From an uncultured Gammaproteobacteria bacterium (lineage in GTDB: Bacteria; Patescibacteriota; Patescibacteriia; UBA1558; S5-K13), in the NCBI GenBank assembly GCA_964640635.1, contig CAZXFD010000003.1, positions 1,149 through 65,148 of the forward strand: a stretch of DNA of 64,000 nt, written 5' to 3'. Positions within the stretch are counted from its first letter, which is position 1; each line of letters begins with the position of its first letter. The notes beneath the pieces are model-generated. The model did not search any database and was not told the DNA's origin. It saw only the letters and a list, made by a program, of their open reading frames with translations. The position numbers and the translations under genes are program-made. Shown here piece by piece: positions 9,177-19,390 of the stretch.

Positions 9177-10118
9177 TTATTCTGATAAAAACCTAATTCT
9201 ATCAAAAAATATTTTATTATAGTGTGCTCTCATATCATTTTCATGAAACTTTAGCATAGAATCATTTACCACAACACTATTATCTCCATTATTCATTTTG
9301 GAATTTTTATTTTGTCTCATCTTTAATAATTGTATACTCTTTAAAAAAGAATTCAAAAATCTACCAAATCTATTATATAATAAGAATTCCATAAAACGTC
9401 TTATACTTTTTGAAAAAACATCATCCCTCACCTTCCAATACTGCGCTATTTCGTGTTTAATATGATTTTTTGCAAACTCACTTACCCATTTATTAGACTC
9501 ATAAAAATTATCATAAACACCCAAATCAAATATCGGAACAATGGTTAAAAACCAGTAAGCAAACCAAATATCTTTTTCATAAGCCAAATGATCCAGATCT
9601 ATTGCCTTATCGCTTGTATAAAAATTTAGACATATTCTATTTTTTATTTTCTTTCCATGTCTTCTCTTTCCAGATATATGCGTAAATAATGTAATAAAAA
9701 ATCTTGTAAACCAAACATATCCATCTTTTATAATAATAAATACATCTATATCGCTTTCCTCTTTTACATTAAGATATCCTATTGATCCTGATATTGCTAC
9801 CATCCTTATAAAGGGAATGAATCTTAAAAAATAAACAACCTTTTGGGCCATTTGAATTTTTGCTATACTACTATCTCTCTTTGATTTTCTCGAGTAAATT
9901 AATTCTCTTTTACCCTTCAAAAAATAAAATCCATCTTTAGTTTCCGTATATCTTTTTATAGACTCGCTACCCGAAAGACACAATACGACATCATTTAAAT
10001 CACATTTAGTCTCATACAAATATTTCCAAATCTCAAAAACCGTCATTGGATAGTTAAATATATCAAAGTATATAATCGTCTTTAAAATTGATTTTTCTAA
10101 TTCATTCATATTTCCCAA
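9177..10118 (-). CDS. Nucleotidyltransferase-domain conserved protein
   Basis: SGS...SDIDVFII motif, KICLNFY-like segment. Confidence 0.7.
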   Translation of the reverse strand: MGNMNELEKSILKTIIYFDIFNYPMTVFEIWKYLYETKCDLNDVVLCLSGSESIKRYTETKDGFYFLKGKRELIYSRKSKRDSSIAKIQMAQKVVYFLRFIPFIRMVAISGSIGYLNVKEESDIDVFIIIKDGYVWFTRFFITLFTHISGKRRHGKKIKNRICLNFYTSDKAIDLDHLAYEKDIWFAYWFLTIVPIFDLGVYDNFYESNKWVSEFAKNHIKHEIAQYWKVRDDVFSKSIRRFMEFLLYNRFGRFLNSFLKSIQLLKMRQNKNSKMNNGDNSVVVNDSMLKFHENDMRAHYNKIFFDRIRFLSE

Positions 10119-10174
10119 ACCTTTCTGCTTTTCACCTTAATTTTGGGTCTTTCGCCTTTTCACCTTCGCCTATT

Positions 10175-12985
10175 TTATATCAATTCCTTCAAATATTTTC
10201 CCGTATAAGATTTTGCATTCCTTGAAACTTCCTTTGGAGTACCAACAGCAACTACTTCACCACCTTTATCGCCACCCTCTGGTCCTAAGTCTATTATCCA
10301 ATCGGCACATTTTATGACATCCAAGTTATGCTCTATTATAAGCACACTATTTCCCTTATCAACTAATTTTTGTAAAACATCAACAAGTTTTTTAATATCT
10401 TCAAAATGTAGTCCTGTCGTTGGCTCATCTAGTATATAAAGAGTTTTACCACTAGCCTTTCTTGATAGCTCTGTTGCTAGCTTTACGCGCTGTGCCTCTC
10501 CTCCAGAGAGTGTTGTTGCTGATTGACCAAGTTTTACATAAGAAAGACCAACATCGTTTAATGTCTTCAGTTTATTATAAATTACTGGGATATCGGAAAA
10601 AAACTTCATTGATTCAAGAACTGTCATATCCAAAACATCAGAGATTGTTTTGTCTTTATAATGAACCTCTAGTATATCAGAATTATACCTCTTTCCATGA
10701 CAATCTTCACACTCTACATAAATATCTGGCAAAAAATTCATTTCTATTTTTACAAGTCCATTTCCCTGACAAGTTTCACATCTTCCACCTTTTACATTAA
10801 AACTGAATTTTCCCAGTCTATATCCACGCATTTTTGATTCTGGAAGACCAGCAAACAAATCTCTTATATAAGTAAACAACCCCGTGTATGTTGATGGATT
10901 TGACCTAGGCGTACGGCCAATTGGTGACTGGTCGATATTTATTACTTTATCAATATGTTCTAAACCCAAAATCTTTTTATGCTTTCCTGGCAAATCTTTT
11001 GCTCTTGTAAATTTATATGAGAGAGCCTTACCTAAAATTTCGAATATTAAAGTTGATTTTCCACTTCCTGATACACCTGTAATACAAACTAGTTTTCCAA
11101 GTGGAATTTTTACATCAATATTTTTTAGATTAAACTCACTAGCCCCGATTATTTCAATATTATGGCCATTTCCTAGTCTTTTGTTTTTAAGGGGCAAAAC
11201 ACTTAATTTATTTGATAAATATTTGCCAGTCAAAGATTTTGTATCTTTTTTTATTTCGGCTGCCGTTCCTGCAAAAATGATCTTCCCTCCATTTTCTCCT
11301 GCTCCTGGACCAACATCAATAATATAGTCTGCAGACAAAATAGTGTCTCTATCATGCTCTATTACAATTACCGTATTTTCAAAATCTCTTAATTTCTTGA
11401 GTGTTTTAATGAGTCTATCATTATCTCTTTGATGGAGCCCAATAGATGGTTCATCTAATATATATAAAACTCCAGATAGGGAAGAATTAATCTGCGTTGC
11501 AAGCCTTATTCTTTGAGATTCTCCACCAGACAAAGAAACAACTGTTCTATTCAAAGATAAATATCCAAGACCTATATCATTTATTGATTTCAATCTTACT
11601 ATAATTTCTTTAATAATTTTTTCAGCTATTATAAAAGATTTTTTGCTTAAGCTTGTTTTATTTTTATCTCCCAGGACAGAAAACAATTTGAAAGCACTTT
11701 CTATGTTGAAATTGGTTATTTCACTAATATCTTTTCCATCTATTTTTATAGCCAGAGATTCTTTCTTTAATCTTTTTCCATGACACAGTGTACACTCATC
11801 CGCTCTCATACATTTTTCTATTTCTGATTTTACATATTCAGAATCAGTATCTCTATATTTTTTTTCTAAATATTCTATTACACCACCCTTTTTAAGCCCA
11901 CTTTCATTGTCTAACTTTCCAAATAAAACCAGGCCTAAGTCCTCTTTGCTCAAGTTTTTTATAGGAACATTTATATCTATATCAAAATCATTTTTGATAC
12001 CCTCTATTATTTTGTAATAAATATTTTGGTTAACACAAATTTTGAATAGTAGTCTTATTCCACCTTCTGACAAGCTCAATTTATTGTTTGGAATAATAAG
12101 TTCTGGGTCTATTTTAAGTTTCATTCCTAGACCAGAACATTCGAAACATGCACCATGTGGAGAATTAAAAGAAAAATTTCTTGGCTCTATTTTTGAAAAT
12201 AAATAATTACATTCTTCACAATAAAGATGATTATTAAATGTTTTAACAATTGTATTTTTTTCTCCTGACGTTGCCATAAATCCATTTGAATAATCTATTG
12301 CCGTAGATATTGAAGCTATCAGTGAGTTAATATCATATTTATCTTTTTCTAAATTAAATTTACTGATAACAAGAAAAATTTCTTTATTCACATACTCTAC
12401 TTCATCCATTTTAATTACATCTTCTATAGAACAATATACATCTCCCACTCTGAGCATCTCGTAGTTACTTTTTTTTATTTTCTTAAATAAACTAGAGTCT
12501 ACTTTTTGACCGTTCTTTAATATCGGCGATAAAATATAAATTACATCGTCTTTAAATTCAGACTCTATATCCCTAGCTATTTGCTTTAAATCTTTTATGC
12601 TCAAAACTTTATCACACTCTGGACAATGAACGTCTCCCGATTTTGCAAAAAGGAGTCTTAGATAATCGTATATTTCTGTAGTTGTAGCAAGAGTTGATCT
12701 TGGACTTCTATTGCTCATTCCCTGACCTATTGAAATTGCTGGTGGAAGACCCTCAATACTATCAACATCCGGCTTATCTAATAAATCAAAAAACTGCTTT
12801 GAATAAGCAGACAATGATTCCATATATCTTCTTTGACTCTCTGCATACAATGTATCAAAGGCCAAAGATGACTTACCACTTCCAGACAAGCCACTTATAA
12901 CAGTGAATCTGTTTCTTGGTATATTAACACTTATATTTTTTAGATTATGAACTCTTGCACCCTTTATAACGATCTTTTTGTCCAT
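10175..12985 (-). CDS. uvrA: Excinuclease ABC subunit A
   Basis: Two ABC modules (GLSGSGKSS, GVSGSGKST), LSGGE signatures, zinc fingers. Confidence 0.97.
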   Translation of the reverse strand: MDKKIVIKGARVHNLKNISVNIPRNRFTVISGLSGSGKSSLAFDTLYAESQRRYMESLSAYSKQFFDLLDKPDVDSIEGLPPAISIGQGMSNRSPRSTLATTTEIYDYLRLLFAKSGDVHCPECDKVLSIKDLKQIARDIESEFKDDVIYILSPILKNGQKVDSSLFKKIKKSNYEMLRVGDVYCSIEDVIKMDEVEYVNKEIFLVISKFNLEKDKYDINSLIASISTAIDYSNGFMATSGEKNTIVKTFNNHLYCEECNYLFSKIEPRNFSFNSPHGACFECSGLGMKLKIDPELIIPNNKLSLSEGGIRLLFKICVNQNIYYKIIEGIKNDFDIDINVPIKNLSKEDLGLVLFGKLDNESGLKKGGVIEYLEKKYRDTDSEYVKSEIEKCMRADECTLCHGKRLKKESLAIKIDGKDISEITNFNIESAFKLFSVLGDKNKTSLSKKSFIIAEKIIKEIIVRLKSINDIGLGYLSLNRTVVSLSGGESQRIRLATQINSSLSGVLYILDEPSIGLHQRDNDRLIKTLKKLRDFENTVIVIEHDRDTILSADYIIDVGPGAGENGGKIIFAGTAAEIKKDTKSLTGKYLSNKLSVLPLKNKRLGNGHNIEIIGASEFNLKNIDVKIPLGKLVCITGVSGSGKSTLIFEILGKALSYKFTRAKDLPGKHKKILGLEHIDKVINIDQSPIGRTPRSNPSTYTGLFTYIRDLFAGLPESKMRGYRLGKFSFNVKGGRCETCQGNGLVKIEMNFLPDIYVECEDCHGKRYNSDILEVHYKDKTISDVLDMTVLESMKFFSDIPVIYNKLKTLNDVGLSYVKLGQSATTLSGGEAQRVKLATELSRKASGKTLYILDEPTTGLHFEDIKKLVDVLQKLVDKGNSVLIIEHNLDVIKCADWIIDLGPEGGDKGGEVVAVGTPKEVSRNAKSYTGKYLKELI

Positions 12986-13124
12986 ATGGTTAGCTACATA
13001 GCTACTTAGTTTCGTAGTTTAAAAATAGATATAATTAGCTCTCATTGTATCACCAAATAACAAAAAAATCAACCGCTGAATCTCAACGGTTGAAGTATCA
13101 TAAAGACAATGTTAAAAGACAATG

Positions 13125-13337
13125 TTATTGGACCCCTGGAGAAGCCGACGACTTCTCAAAACGAATCATCTTACCATCCTCATAACGGGCGATAATAACC
13201 GTTCCACTTTCCTCATGGAGATAAACTCCAAGGATATCACCTATTTCAAGGGGTTTGACATTATTAATGTTAACGACACCATCAACGATAATTTTATCAT
13301 CCCCAATAGCAAAGTTAAACACTTTATTGTGGCACAT
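13125..13337 (-). CDS. Small hypothetical protein (start moved to MCHNK)
   Basis: AAGGAGG SD before the ATG at 13337; hairpin downstream at 13068-13092. Confidence 0.55.
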   Translation of the reverse strand: MCHNKVFNFAIGDDKIIVDGVVNINNVKPLEIGDILGVYLHEESGTVIIARYEDGKMIRFEKSSASPGVQ

Positions 13338-13356
13338 AACCACCTCCTTATATATT

Positions 13357-14394
13357 TTAATTTCTGATTGTTCTAATATTGTTTATGCTGTGATTTTTTT
13401 GTTCAAAATTATCAAGTGCGCCAGCCCTTCTTTTGCGACATCTTAACATATTATAAGAATAAAAATCACACTTTTTACCAATACAGCCTTCTTTTGAGGG
13501 ACACATTCCCTTTGCCATTTTTACAGTATCTATTCCTATCATTATGGCCCTTTTGACAGTTGCCTTATCTATTTGGACTGGCTTTTCTGTTTTTATTTCA
13601 CCGCCTATTGGATCAAAATTCCAATGTGGAATTCCTTCCATAATCCCCGATCTATTTAAAACATGTTTATTTATTTTATCAAAAGGAACTTTGTGCTTTC
13701 TTGCTGTTTCAACTCGCAGTATTGCAACTACATCTAACAAGTCAACACTCTTTTCCTTTTTCGTCTTTATTACTATATTATCTTTTGATTTAAAAATTAC
13801 TACAACATCAGCCATAACTTCTTTTTTATAAAACAAAAACTCTGCTATATCATCATGTTCACAATCAATAAAAACAACTTTCAATTCTTTATCATTTTGA
13901 TTTGTGCTAAAACTCGTTATTTTTCCTTCTTTTACAGCCTTTGAACAATAATCAAAAAATGTTTTTGTTTTTTCTTCGTTATGTTCCAAGTATTCTTTTA
14001 TAATGGGTAATGTCAATTTTAATACTTTTTCTGGATTATCTTTTATAATTGTAGTTAAATACGTCCAAGAGAAAAAATCATTACTGCAAACGTTTTTATT
14101 CTTAAAACAAGAAATCAGCTGATTTACAACTGGTATTTCATCTAGGTTCAAACCCTCTATATTAAGAAGTTCAAATAAAAGTGTATTTCTACCCTTAAAA
14201 TTAAGAAGTGGCAACACACCATTTGAAATAAAATAATTAATATCCTTATCCTCTGGCAGATCTACCCTAAATTCAAGCTCTGCTTTTGAAAGATTAGAAA
14301 ATTTCTTTGTAGCATATTTATACATCAGCGAAAGAGCAAGTATTGAATCAATGCTAAGCTCTTTTGGTAATAAAATTTTTTCTATTTTTTGCAT
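13357..14394 (-). CDS. Hypothetical protein with C-terminal four-Cys motif
   Basis: 345-aa ORF; C-x5-C-x4-C-x9-C near the C-terminus. Confidence 0.7.
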   Translation of the reverse strand: MQKIEKILLPKELSIDSILALSLMYKYATKKFSNLSKAELEFRVDLPEDKDINYFISNGVLPLLNFKGRNTLLFELLNIEGLNLDEIPVVNQLISCFKNKNVCSNDFFSWTYLTTIIKDNPEKVLKLTLPIIKEYLEHNEEKTKTFFDYCSKAVKEGKITSFSTNQNDKELKVVFIDCEHDDIAEFLFYKKEVMADVVVIFKSKDNIVIKTKKEKSVDLLDVVAILRVETARKHKVPFDKINKHVLNRSGIMEGIPHWNFDPIGGEIKTEKPVQIDKATVKRAIMIGIDTVKMAKGMCPSKEGCIGKKCDFYSYNMLRCRKRRAGALDNFEQKNHSINNIRTIRN

Positions 14395-14602
14395 ATATTC
14401 CCTCTTAGTTATTAAAATATGAACTATTTAAATACTAAATATTATTATATCATATATAAACCCCTGTGTCAATGATAATGTATAGTGCATATTTTATAGT
14501 CATATCAACGCTATGCGCAAAATATAAAACACACAAAGCAAGTCTTGACAAAATTATTTAAAAAGACTATTGTTTTATCAATAAAAACATGGAGGAACCA
14601 AA

Positions 14603-14965
14603 ATGCGAGAACCAAAAAAGGTCATCATAACCTTTTTACCTGGAACTAGTTTTAATACAGTCTGCAAAGACGTAAACAAACTAATTCAAAAATTTGATGC
14701 AGAGATTCCACAATTTAAGAACTTAGACATAATTCTTATAACAAGTCTGGAAATCTCACATTGCAAAAAAATAAGTCATCCAAGAATAAGGGCCACTGTA
14801 TGCGGAACATACTTTTCTCCAAAAAAGGGTGTTCAATACATATTAATACAAAATGGTTCTCCCAAAGAACTTGCCCAAGTAACTCGAGCCATGAGCCAGA
14901 AAAAACAAACACCAATTAAGGTGTTTGAAGTAAAAAATGGCAAAATTACTGGGGTTGCCGCTTAA
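14603..14965 (+). CDS. Hypothetical basic protein, stand-alone unit
   Basis: TTGACA-N17-TATTGT promoter, GGAGG SD, downstream terminator. Confidence 0.7.
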   Translation: MREPKKVIITFLPGTSFNTVCKDVNKLIQKFDAEIPQFKNLDIILITSLEISHCKKISHPRIRATVCGTYFSPKKGVQYILIQNGSPKELAQVTRAMSQKKQTPIKVFEVKNGKITGVAA

Positions 14966-14980
14966 CAAACAAAGCTTTCT

Positions 14981-15010
14981 GCGTTGGGTCAAGCGACCCG
15001 ACGCTTTTTT
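14981..15010 (+). terminator. Intrinsic terminator
   Basis: gcgttgggtc-aagc-gacccgacgc followed by a T tract. Confidence 0.85.
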
Positions 15011-15026
15011 ATTATAAAAAAACAAA

Positions 15027-16625
15027 TTACTTAGATAAAATCTTTTCTATTTCCTTCAACAATTCTTTTGGTGCAGTACCTCCTTTAAAAATATATCCCG
15101 ACGCTCCCATTTCTGCAGATTTTTTTCTATCTTTTTCAGTGTTTAAATTTGTAAACATCACTACTGGGATATTTTTTGTTTTTGGATTTTTCTTTAATTC
15201 CGCCAAAAAATTATATCCTTGTTCTGCAACAACATTTACCGCTCCATCTTTTTCTTTTTTTGGAATTATAATATCCAAAAGAACAATATCAATTTTTTTA
15301 TTCTGAGCCATATCTATAGCACCCTCTACGCTCTGAGTAGAATAAAAATTATATCCATTATGTTTAAAATATATGTGGTACAGATCTACTATATTTGATT
15401 CATCTTCAATCAAAAGTATTGATCTATTAGTATTTTTATTACCACTGACAAACTCAATCTGTTTTTCTTCACTACTATTTACATTCAAATGACTATCTTC
15501 TTTTTTTGCAACTGGCAAAGAAAAGCTAAATGTAGTGCCTTTGCCAAGTTTTGTTTTTTCTAAAATTAGTTTACCACCACTATCCTCAATAACTTTTTTA
15601 GCTATATAGAGACCTAATCCAGATCCATCTGGATTGAGTCCTGTTGCCTGAGATCCTCTATAAAACTTTGTAAATAATCTCTTCTTGTCATCTTCACCTA
15701 TGCCGGCACCAGTATCAGAAACCAAAACTTTCAAATATTTCTTTTTATTTTTTTCAAAAATCATCAAATCTACACTCACACTACCCTTAGACGTATAAAA
15801 AATTGCATTATCTAACAAATTAGAAACCACGTGCACTATTTTTTTTAAATCACACAAAACTAGTGGAATTTTAAATTTTGGCTTATTTATTTTTATTTTG
15901 ATCTTTCTATCTATTGCTAGTCTCAAATTCTTTTTCTCTTCAATCATTGTATTAATAATTTTTTCTATGTCAACAGGTTCAATATTCATCTTTATTGTTT
16001 GACCCTCTAGCTCAAAAGCGTCCCAAAACTCAGAAATTGTGCTAGCCATTCTAGAGAGCCCTTTACTTGCTATTTCCATGCCCTTATCAATAGGAATAGA
16101 GTCTTCTTCCATCATAGAAAAAGCACTCCTCATTATAGAAAGTGGGGTATTAAGCTGATGATTTACCACTCTCAAAAAATCTCCTTTCATATTGAGCAGT
16201 TCTTGAAGATGCTCATTCTTTTCTTTTATGTCTTTAGTTTGATCACTCACTCTTTCTTCAAGTTGATCTGACAACTCCCTCAAGGCTTCTTTGCTTTTCT
16301 TTTCAAGAAAATTGGACTTGATAATTTTCTCAGTACTATTGTTAAAAAAATATCCGTAAACGATTACAAGTAAAAAAACAATCATTACTGCTGCTGTAGA
16401 AATGCTTTTATCAATAAAGAAAAAAATCCCAAAAGAAAACAATATCAAGATCATACTGATTACTTGATATTGTAAGAATAAGCATTTATGAAATTTTTGT
16501 TCACAATACTGACAACGCTTATAAGGCGAGTTGTTGAGATTTTTTACTAGCCAACAATTTCTATTGAGATAACAACCACTTCCAAGTTCTATTTTTTCTT
16601 TTTGTTTTGGATCCTTCTTGTCCAT
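15027..16625 (-). CDS. Hybrid sensor histidine kinase/receiver with Cys-rich N-terminus
   Basis: Two TM helices, H-box NHQLNTPL, NLLDNA, DTGAGI, GSGLGL, receiver LLDIIIP. Confidence 0.9.
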   Translation of the reverse strand: MDKKDPKQKEKIELGSGCYLNRNCWLVKNLNNSPYKRCQYCEQKFHKCLFLQYQVISMILILFSFGIFFFIDKSISTAAVMIVFLLVIVYGYFFNNSTEKIIKSNFLEKKSKEALRELSDQLEERVSDQTKDIKEKNEHLQELLNMKGDFLRVVNHQLNTPLSIMRSAFSMMEEDSIPIDKGMEIASKGLSRMASTISEFWDAFELEGQTIKMNIEPVDIEKIINTMIEEKKNLRLAIDRKIKIKINKPKFKIPLVLCDLKKIVHVVSNLLDNAIFYTSKGSVSVDLMIFEKNKKKYLKVLVSDTGAGIGEDDKKRLFTKFYRGSQATGLNPDGSGLGLYIAKKVIEDSGGKLILEKTKLGKGTTFSFSLPVAKKEDSHLNVNSSEEKQIEFVSGNKNTNRSILLIEDESNIVDLYHIYFKHNGYNFYSTQSVEGAIDMAQNKKIDIVLLDIIIPKKEKDGAVNVVAEQGYNFLAELKKNPKTKNIPVVMFTNLNTEKDRKKSAEMGASGYIFKGGTAPKELLKEIEKILSK

Positions 16626-16637
16626 TAGTAATAACTA

Positions 16638-17078
16638 TTATGAGTCAATTTGATTTTTAATAAAAACCTTTTTTAAGGCAATATACATCAAAGTTGCTAC
16701 GCAAAAACCCACAAGACATGCCAAAAATATCATCAGCGTTACTATCAAAATATAAATCCATGCAAAGTTAATAAGTTTTGTATAGTGCAATAACAAAAAT
16801 CCAATCAAAAGTAATACTGCTGTAGCAAGTGATACAAAATTTAATTCTCCTAACTCCTTTTGAGTTGGTTCGGACTTTTTTTTCAAAAATCTAGTTGCTA
16901 TAAAATTGTGAAGTTGATATGGAATGTTGAGTTTCAAAGAAACAACTCCAATGATTATCAAAAAACTTACTATCAAAACTAGCCACTTATTATGGATAAA
17001 AAATGCTAATAAAACCAAAGCTCCGTATGTAGCTCTAGAAAACCTTAAAGACTTGTCATAAATTAAACATTGTTTCAT
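16638..17078 (-). CDS. DUF4395-family membrane protein
   Basis: Four TM segments and C-terminal LACLVGFCVA..Y resembling the DUF4395 GFCxGC motif. Confidence 0.7.
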   Translation of the reverse strand: MKQCLIYDKSLRFSRATYGALVLLAFFIHNKWLVLIVSFLIIIGVVSLKLNIPYQLHNFIATRFLKKKSEPTQKELGELNFVSLATAVLLLIGFLLLHYTKLINFAWIYILIVTLMIFLACLVGFCVATLMYIALKKVFIKNQIDS

Positions 17079-17145
17079 ATTGTTTTTTATCTTACCTTAG
17101 CAAGACGAATTAATTTTACTTAAAATACAAACTTATTATATCTAA

Positions 17146-18477
17146 TTAAACTTTGCTCTCAAGACACTTTTTAACTGCCACACACGCCCTTCTCACATCC
17201 TTAATATCATTATATATATAGAAACTCAATCTACAGCTTGCTGGTGGATTAAGTTGATAATGATAGTGTGCCAATGTTGCACAATGGCATCCAGCACGAG
17301 ACTCAATCCCTAATTTATTTAGCTCCTCAGCAAGTTTAAACGGACTTTTATCTCCACAGTTAAAAGCTAATAAAGATGTTCTCTCTTCTGGATTTCTTGG
17401 ACCATAGATTGTCAACGCTGGAATTTCTCCTAATATCTTAAGCGCCTCTTCAATAAGTTCATGTTCATGAGTTGCTATATTATCCATAGCTTTTTTTATG
17501 TCATCTGGTTCCAATTTTTTATCAGTCATAAAATAAACATTCTTTCCTGGGTTTAAAGAAAAATCCATTAGCAATCTCACAGACTGTGCTGACAAAATGG
17601 TTCCTAAAATATTAGGAGTTCCTGCCGTAAATTTCCAAGGAAGAGCATTATATTCTACTTTTTCTGGACTAACCATGCCCTCAGCAATCATATCCCCACC
17701 ATATAAGAATGGTTTCATACTATTTAACAATTCTTCTCTTGCATATAAAGCACCCACACCAAATGGTGCGAGCATTTTATGAAAAGACCATGCGAGAAAA
17801 TCTACACCCAAATCTTTAACATCTATGAAAACATTTGGAACAATTTGGGCACCATCAATTAAAAGATAAGATTTTTTTTCTCCATTTGGCTGATTATATC
17901 CACTGGAATCAGCTATTTTTCTAATTTCTTTGATAGGATTTTTTGTTCCTAAAAAATTGGATGCTCCGACACAACAAATAAGCTTAGTTCTATCATCCAC
18001 TAAAGATTTCAAATGTTCTAAGTCGAGTTTACCCGTTTCCTTATCAAATTCTACAATTCTACACTCTACGTTGATACCAAATTTTGGCAAAATTTCTTTA
18101 GTAAGTCCGTACCATGGGACATAATTTGAATTATGTTCCATAAAAGTCGTAATGATATTATCTCCATCTTTAAATTCTGTCATTAAGGAATACATGACAG
18201 AGTTGATTGCTTCTGTAGTGTTTCTATACAAAATAATATTTTTTCTAGATGAAGCACCAATAAACTGTGCTATTGTATCATATGAAGACTCAAACATTTC
18301 CGTTGTTGATATTGAAGAATCAGACTGACCTCTATGCACATTGTCATATTTTATGACGAGCTTCTTCAATAAATCTAATAATTGCGTAGGAACTTGTGTG
18401 CTAGCTGCATTATTCGATACAACTCTTCCAGACTTTACTGCTGGAAAAAATTTTCTGATTTTTTTTGTGTTAAGCAT
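17146..18477 (-). CDS. SufS/CsdA-type cysteine desulfurase (class V PLP enzyme)
   Basis: NAASTQ, NVHRG, EHNSN, DGAQ, SFHKM, GTPN, RAGCHCA. Confidence 0.9.
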   Translation of the reverse strand: MLNTKKIRKFFPAVKSGRVVSNNAASTQVPTQLLDLLKKLVIKYDNVHRGQSDSSISTTEMFESSYDTIAQFIGASSRKNIILYRNTTEAINSVMYSLMTEFKDGDNIITTFMEHNSNYVPWYGLTKEILPKFGINVECRIVEFDKETGKLDLEHLKSLVDDRTKLICCVGASNFLGTKNPIKEIRKIADSSGYNQPNGEKKSYLLIDGAQIVPNVFIDVKDLGVDFLAWSFHKMLAPFGVGALYAREELLNSMKPFLYGGDMIAEGMVSPEKVEYNALPWKFTAGTPNILGTILSAQSVRLLMDFSLNPGKNVYFMTDKKLEPDDIKKAMDNIATHEHELIEEALKILGEIPALTIYGPRNPEERTSLLAFNCGDKSPFKLAEELNKLGIESRAGCHCATLAHYHYQLNPPASCRLSFYIYNDIKDVRRACVAVKKCLESKV

Positions 18478-18593
18478 AAAATTGTTACTTTTTAATATGA
18501 TTTTTTATATTAAAACTGGCTCTATTATAATACTATTATAGCTATTAAAAGCTCTTTAAGCAACACTTTATATAGAACCCCGCGTATAGGAGT

Positions 18594-19220
18594 TTATTCC
18601 AAAAAATGTATAAAGCTTTTCCTATGTATGTCGCACATTCCAAATTTCTTTATACTCTCAATATGATTTTTGGTTCCATATCCCTTATGTATATCAAATG
18701 AATATTCTGGGTATTTTTTTGCCAAATCTTCCATATACTCATCTCTATATACTTTTGCAATAATAGACGCTGCTGCAATAAGAAAGTGTTTTGCATCACC
18801 GTCAACAATTGTCTCATAATTTTTGAAATCAAGATCAAAATATTTACTAAATCCACCAATATAATCAATTATTGCATAATCAATATCTGGAACGTGATTA
18901 TATATAACTCGCTCTACTATTTTTACATTTGCCGTCTGAATTCCTAGTTTATCTATCTGAATATTGTCTATCATAGAAATCCCTGATTTAAACCTTTTCT
19001 TTATCTCACCTGACAATTCTTTTCTTTTATTATGAGTTAGCTTTTTAGAATCATTAATATGTGGTACTAAATCAAGATTATTATTTAATTCCTCAGGAGT
19101 TAAAAAAACATAGCCACAAACAATAGGCCCAGCCAGTGGCCCTCGACCAGCTTCGTCAAATCCAATGATCGTTTTACAACCATTTTCAAAAAGTGTTTTT
19201 TCTAATTCTATATTTACCAT
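18594..19220 (-). CDS. rnhB: Ribonuclease HII
   Basis: GFDEAGRGPLAGP, DSKKL, IAAASIIAKVYRD, HKGYGT. Confidence 0.95.
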   Translation of the reverse strand: MVNIELEKTLFENGCKTIIGFDEAGRGPLAGPIVCGYVFLTPEELNNNLDLVPHINDSKKLTHNKRKELSGEIKKRFKSGISMIDNIQIDKLGIQTANVKIVERVIYNHVPDIDYAIIDYIGGFSKYFDLDFKNYETIVDGDAKHFLIAAASIIAKVYRDEYMEDLAKKYPEYSFDIHKGYGTKNHIESIKKFGMCDIHRKSFIHFLE

Positions 19221-19247
19221 AAATGCATTATATCTTTATTTAGATAA

Positions 19248-19379
19248 AAATAAAAATCACCCCTTTATAATATGTATGTCATTCTGAGTTCATCTCAGAA
19301 TCTCATGGTTAATATAATTTACTGCGAGATCCTGAAACAAGTTCAGGATGACAGGTGTAAATATGGGTGATTTTTATTT
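19248..19379. repeat. Inverted pair of REP-like palindromes nested inside an outer 15-bp inverted repeat
   Basis: tgtcattctgagttcatctcagaatctc...gagatcctgaaacaagttcaggatgaca (19277-19353) within aaataaaaatcaccc / gggtgatttttattt. Confidence 0.75.
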
Positions 19380-19390
19380 CTAACAAATAT

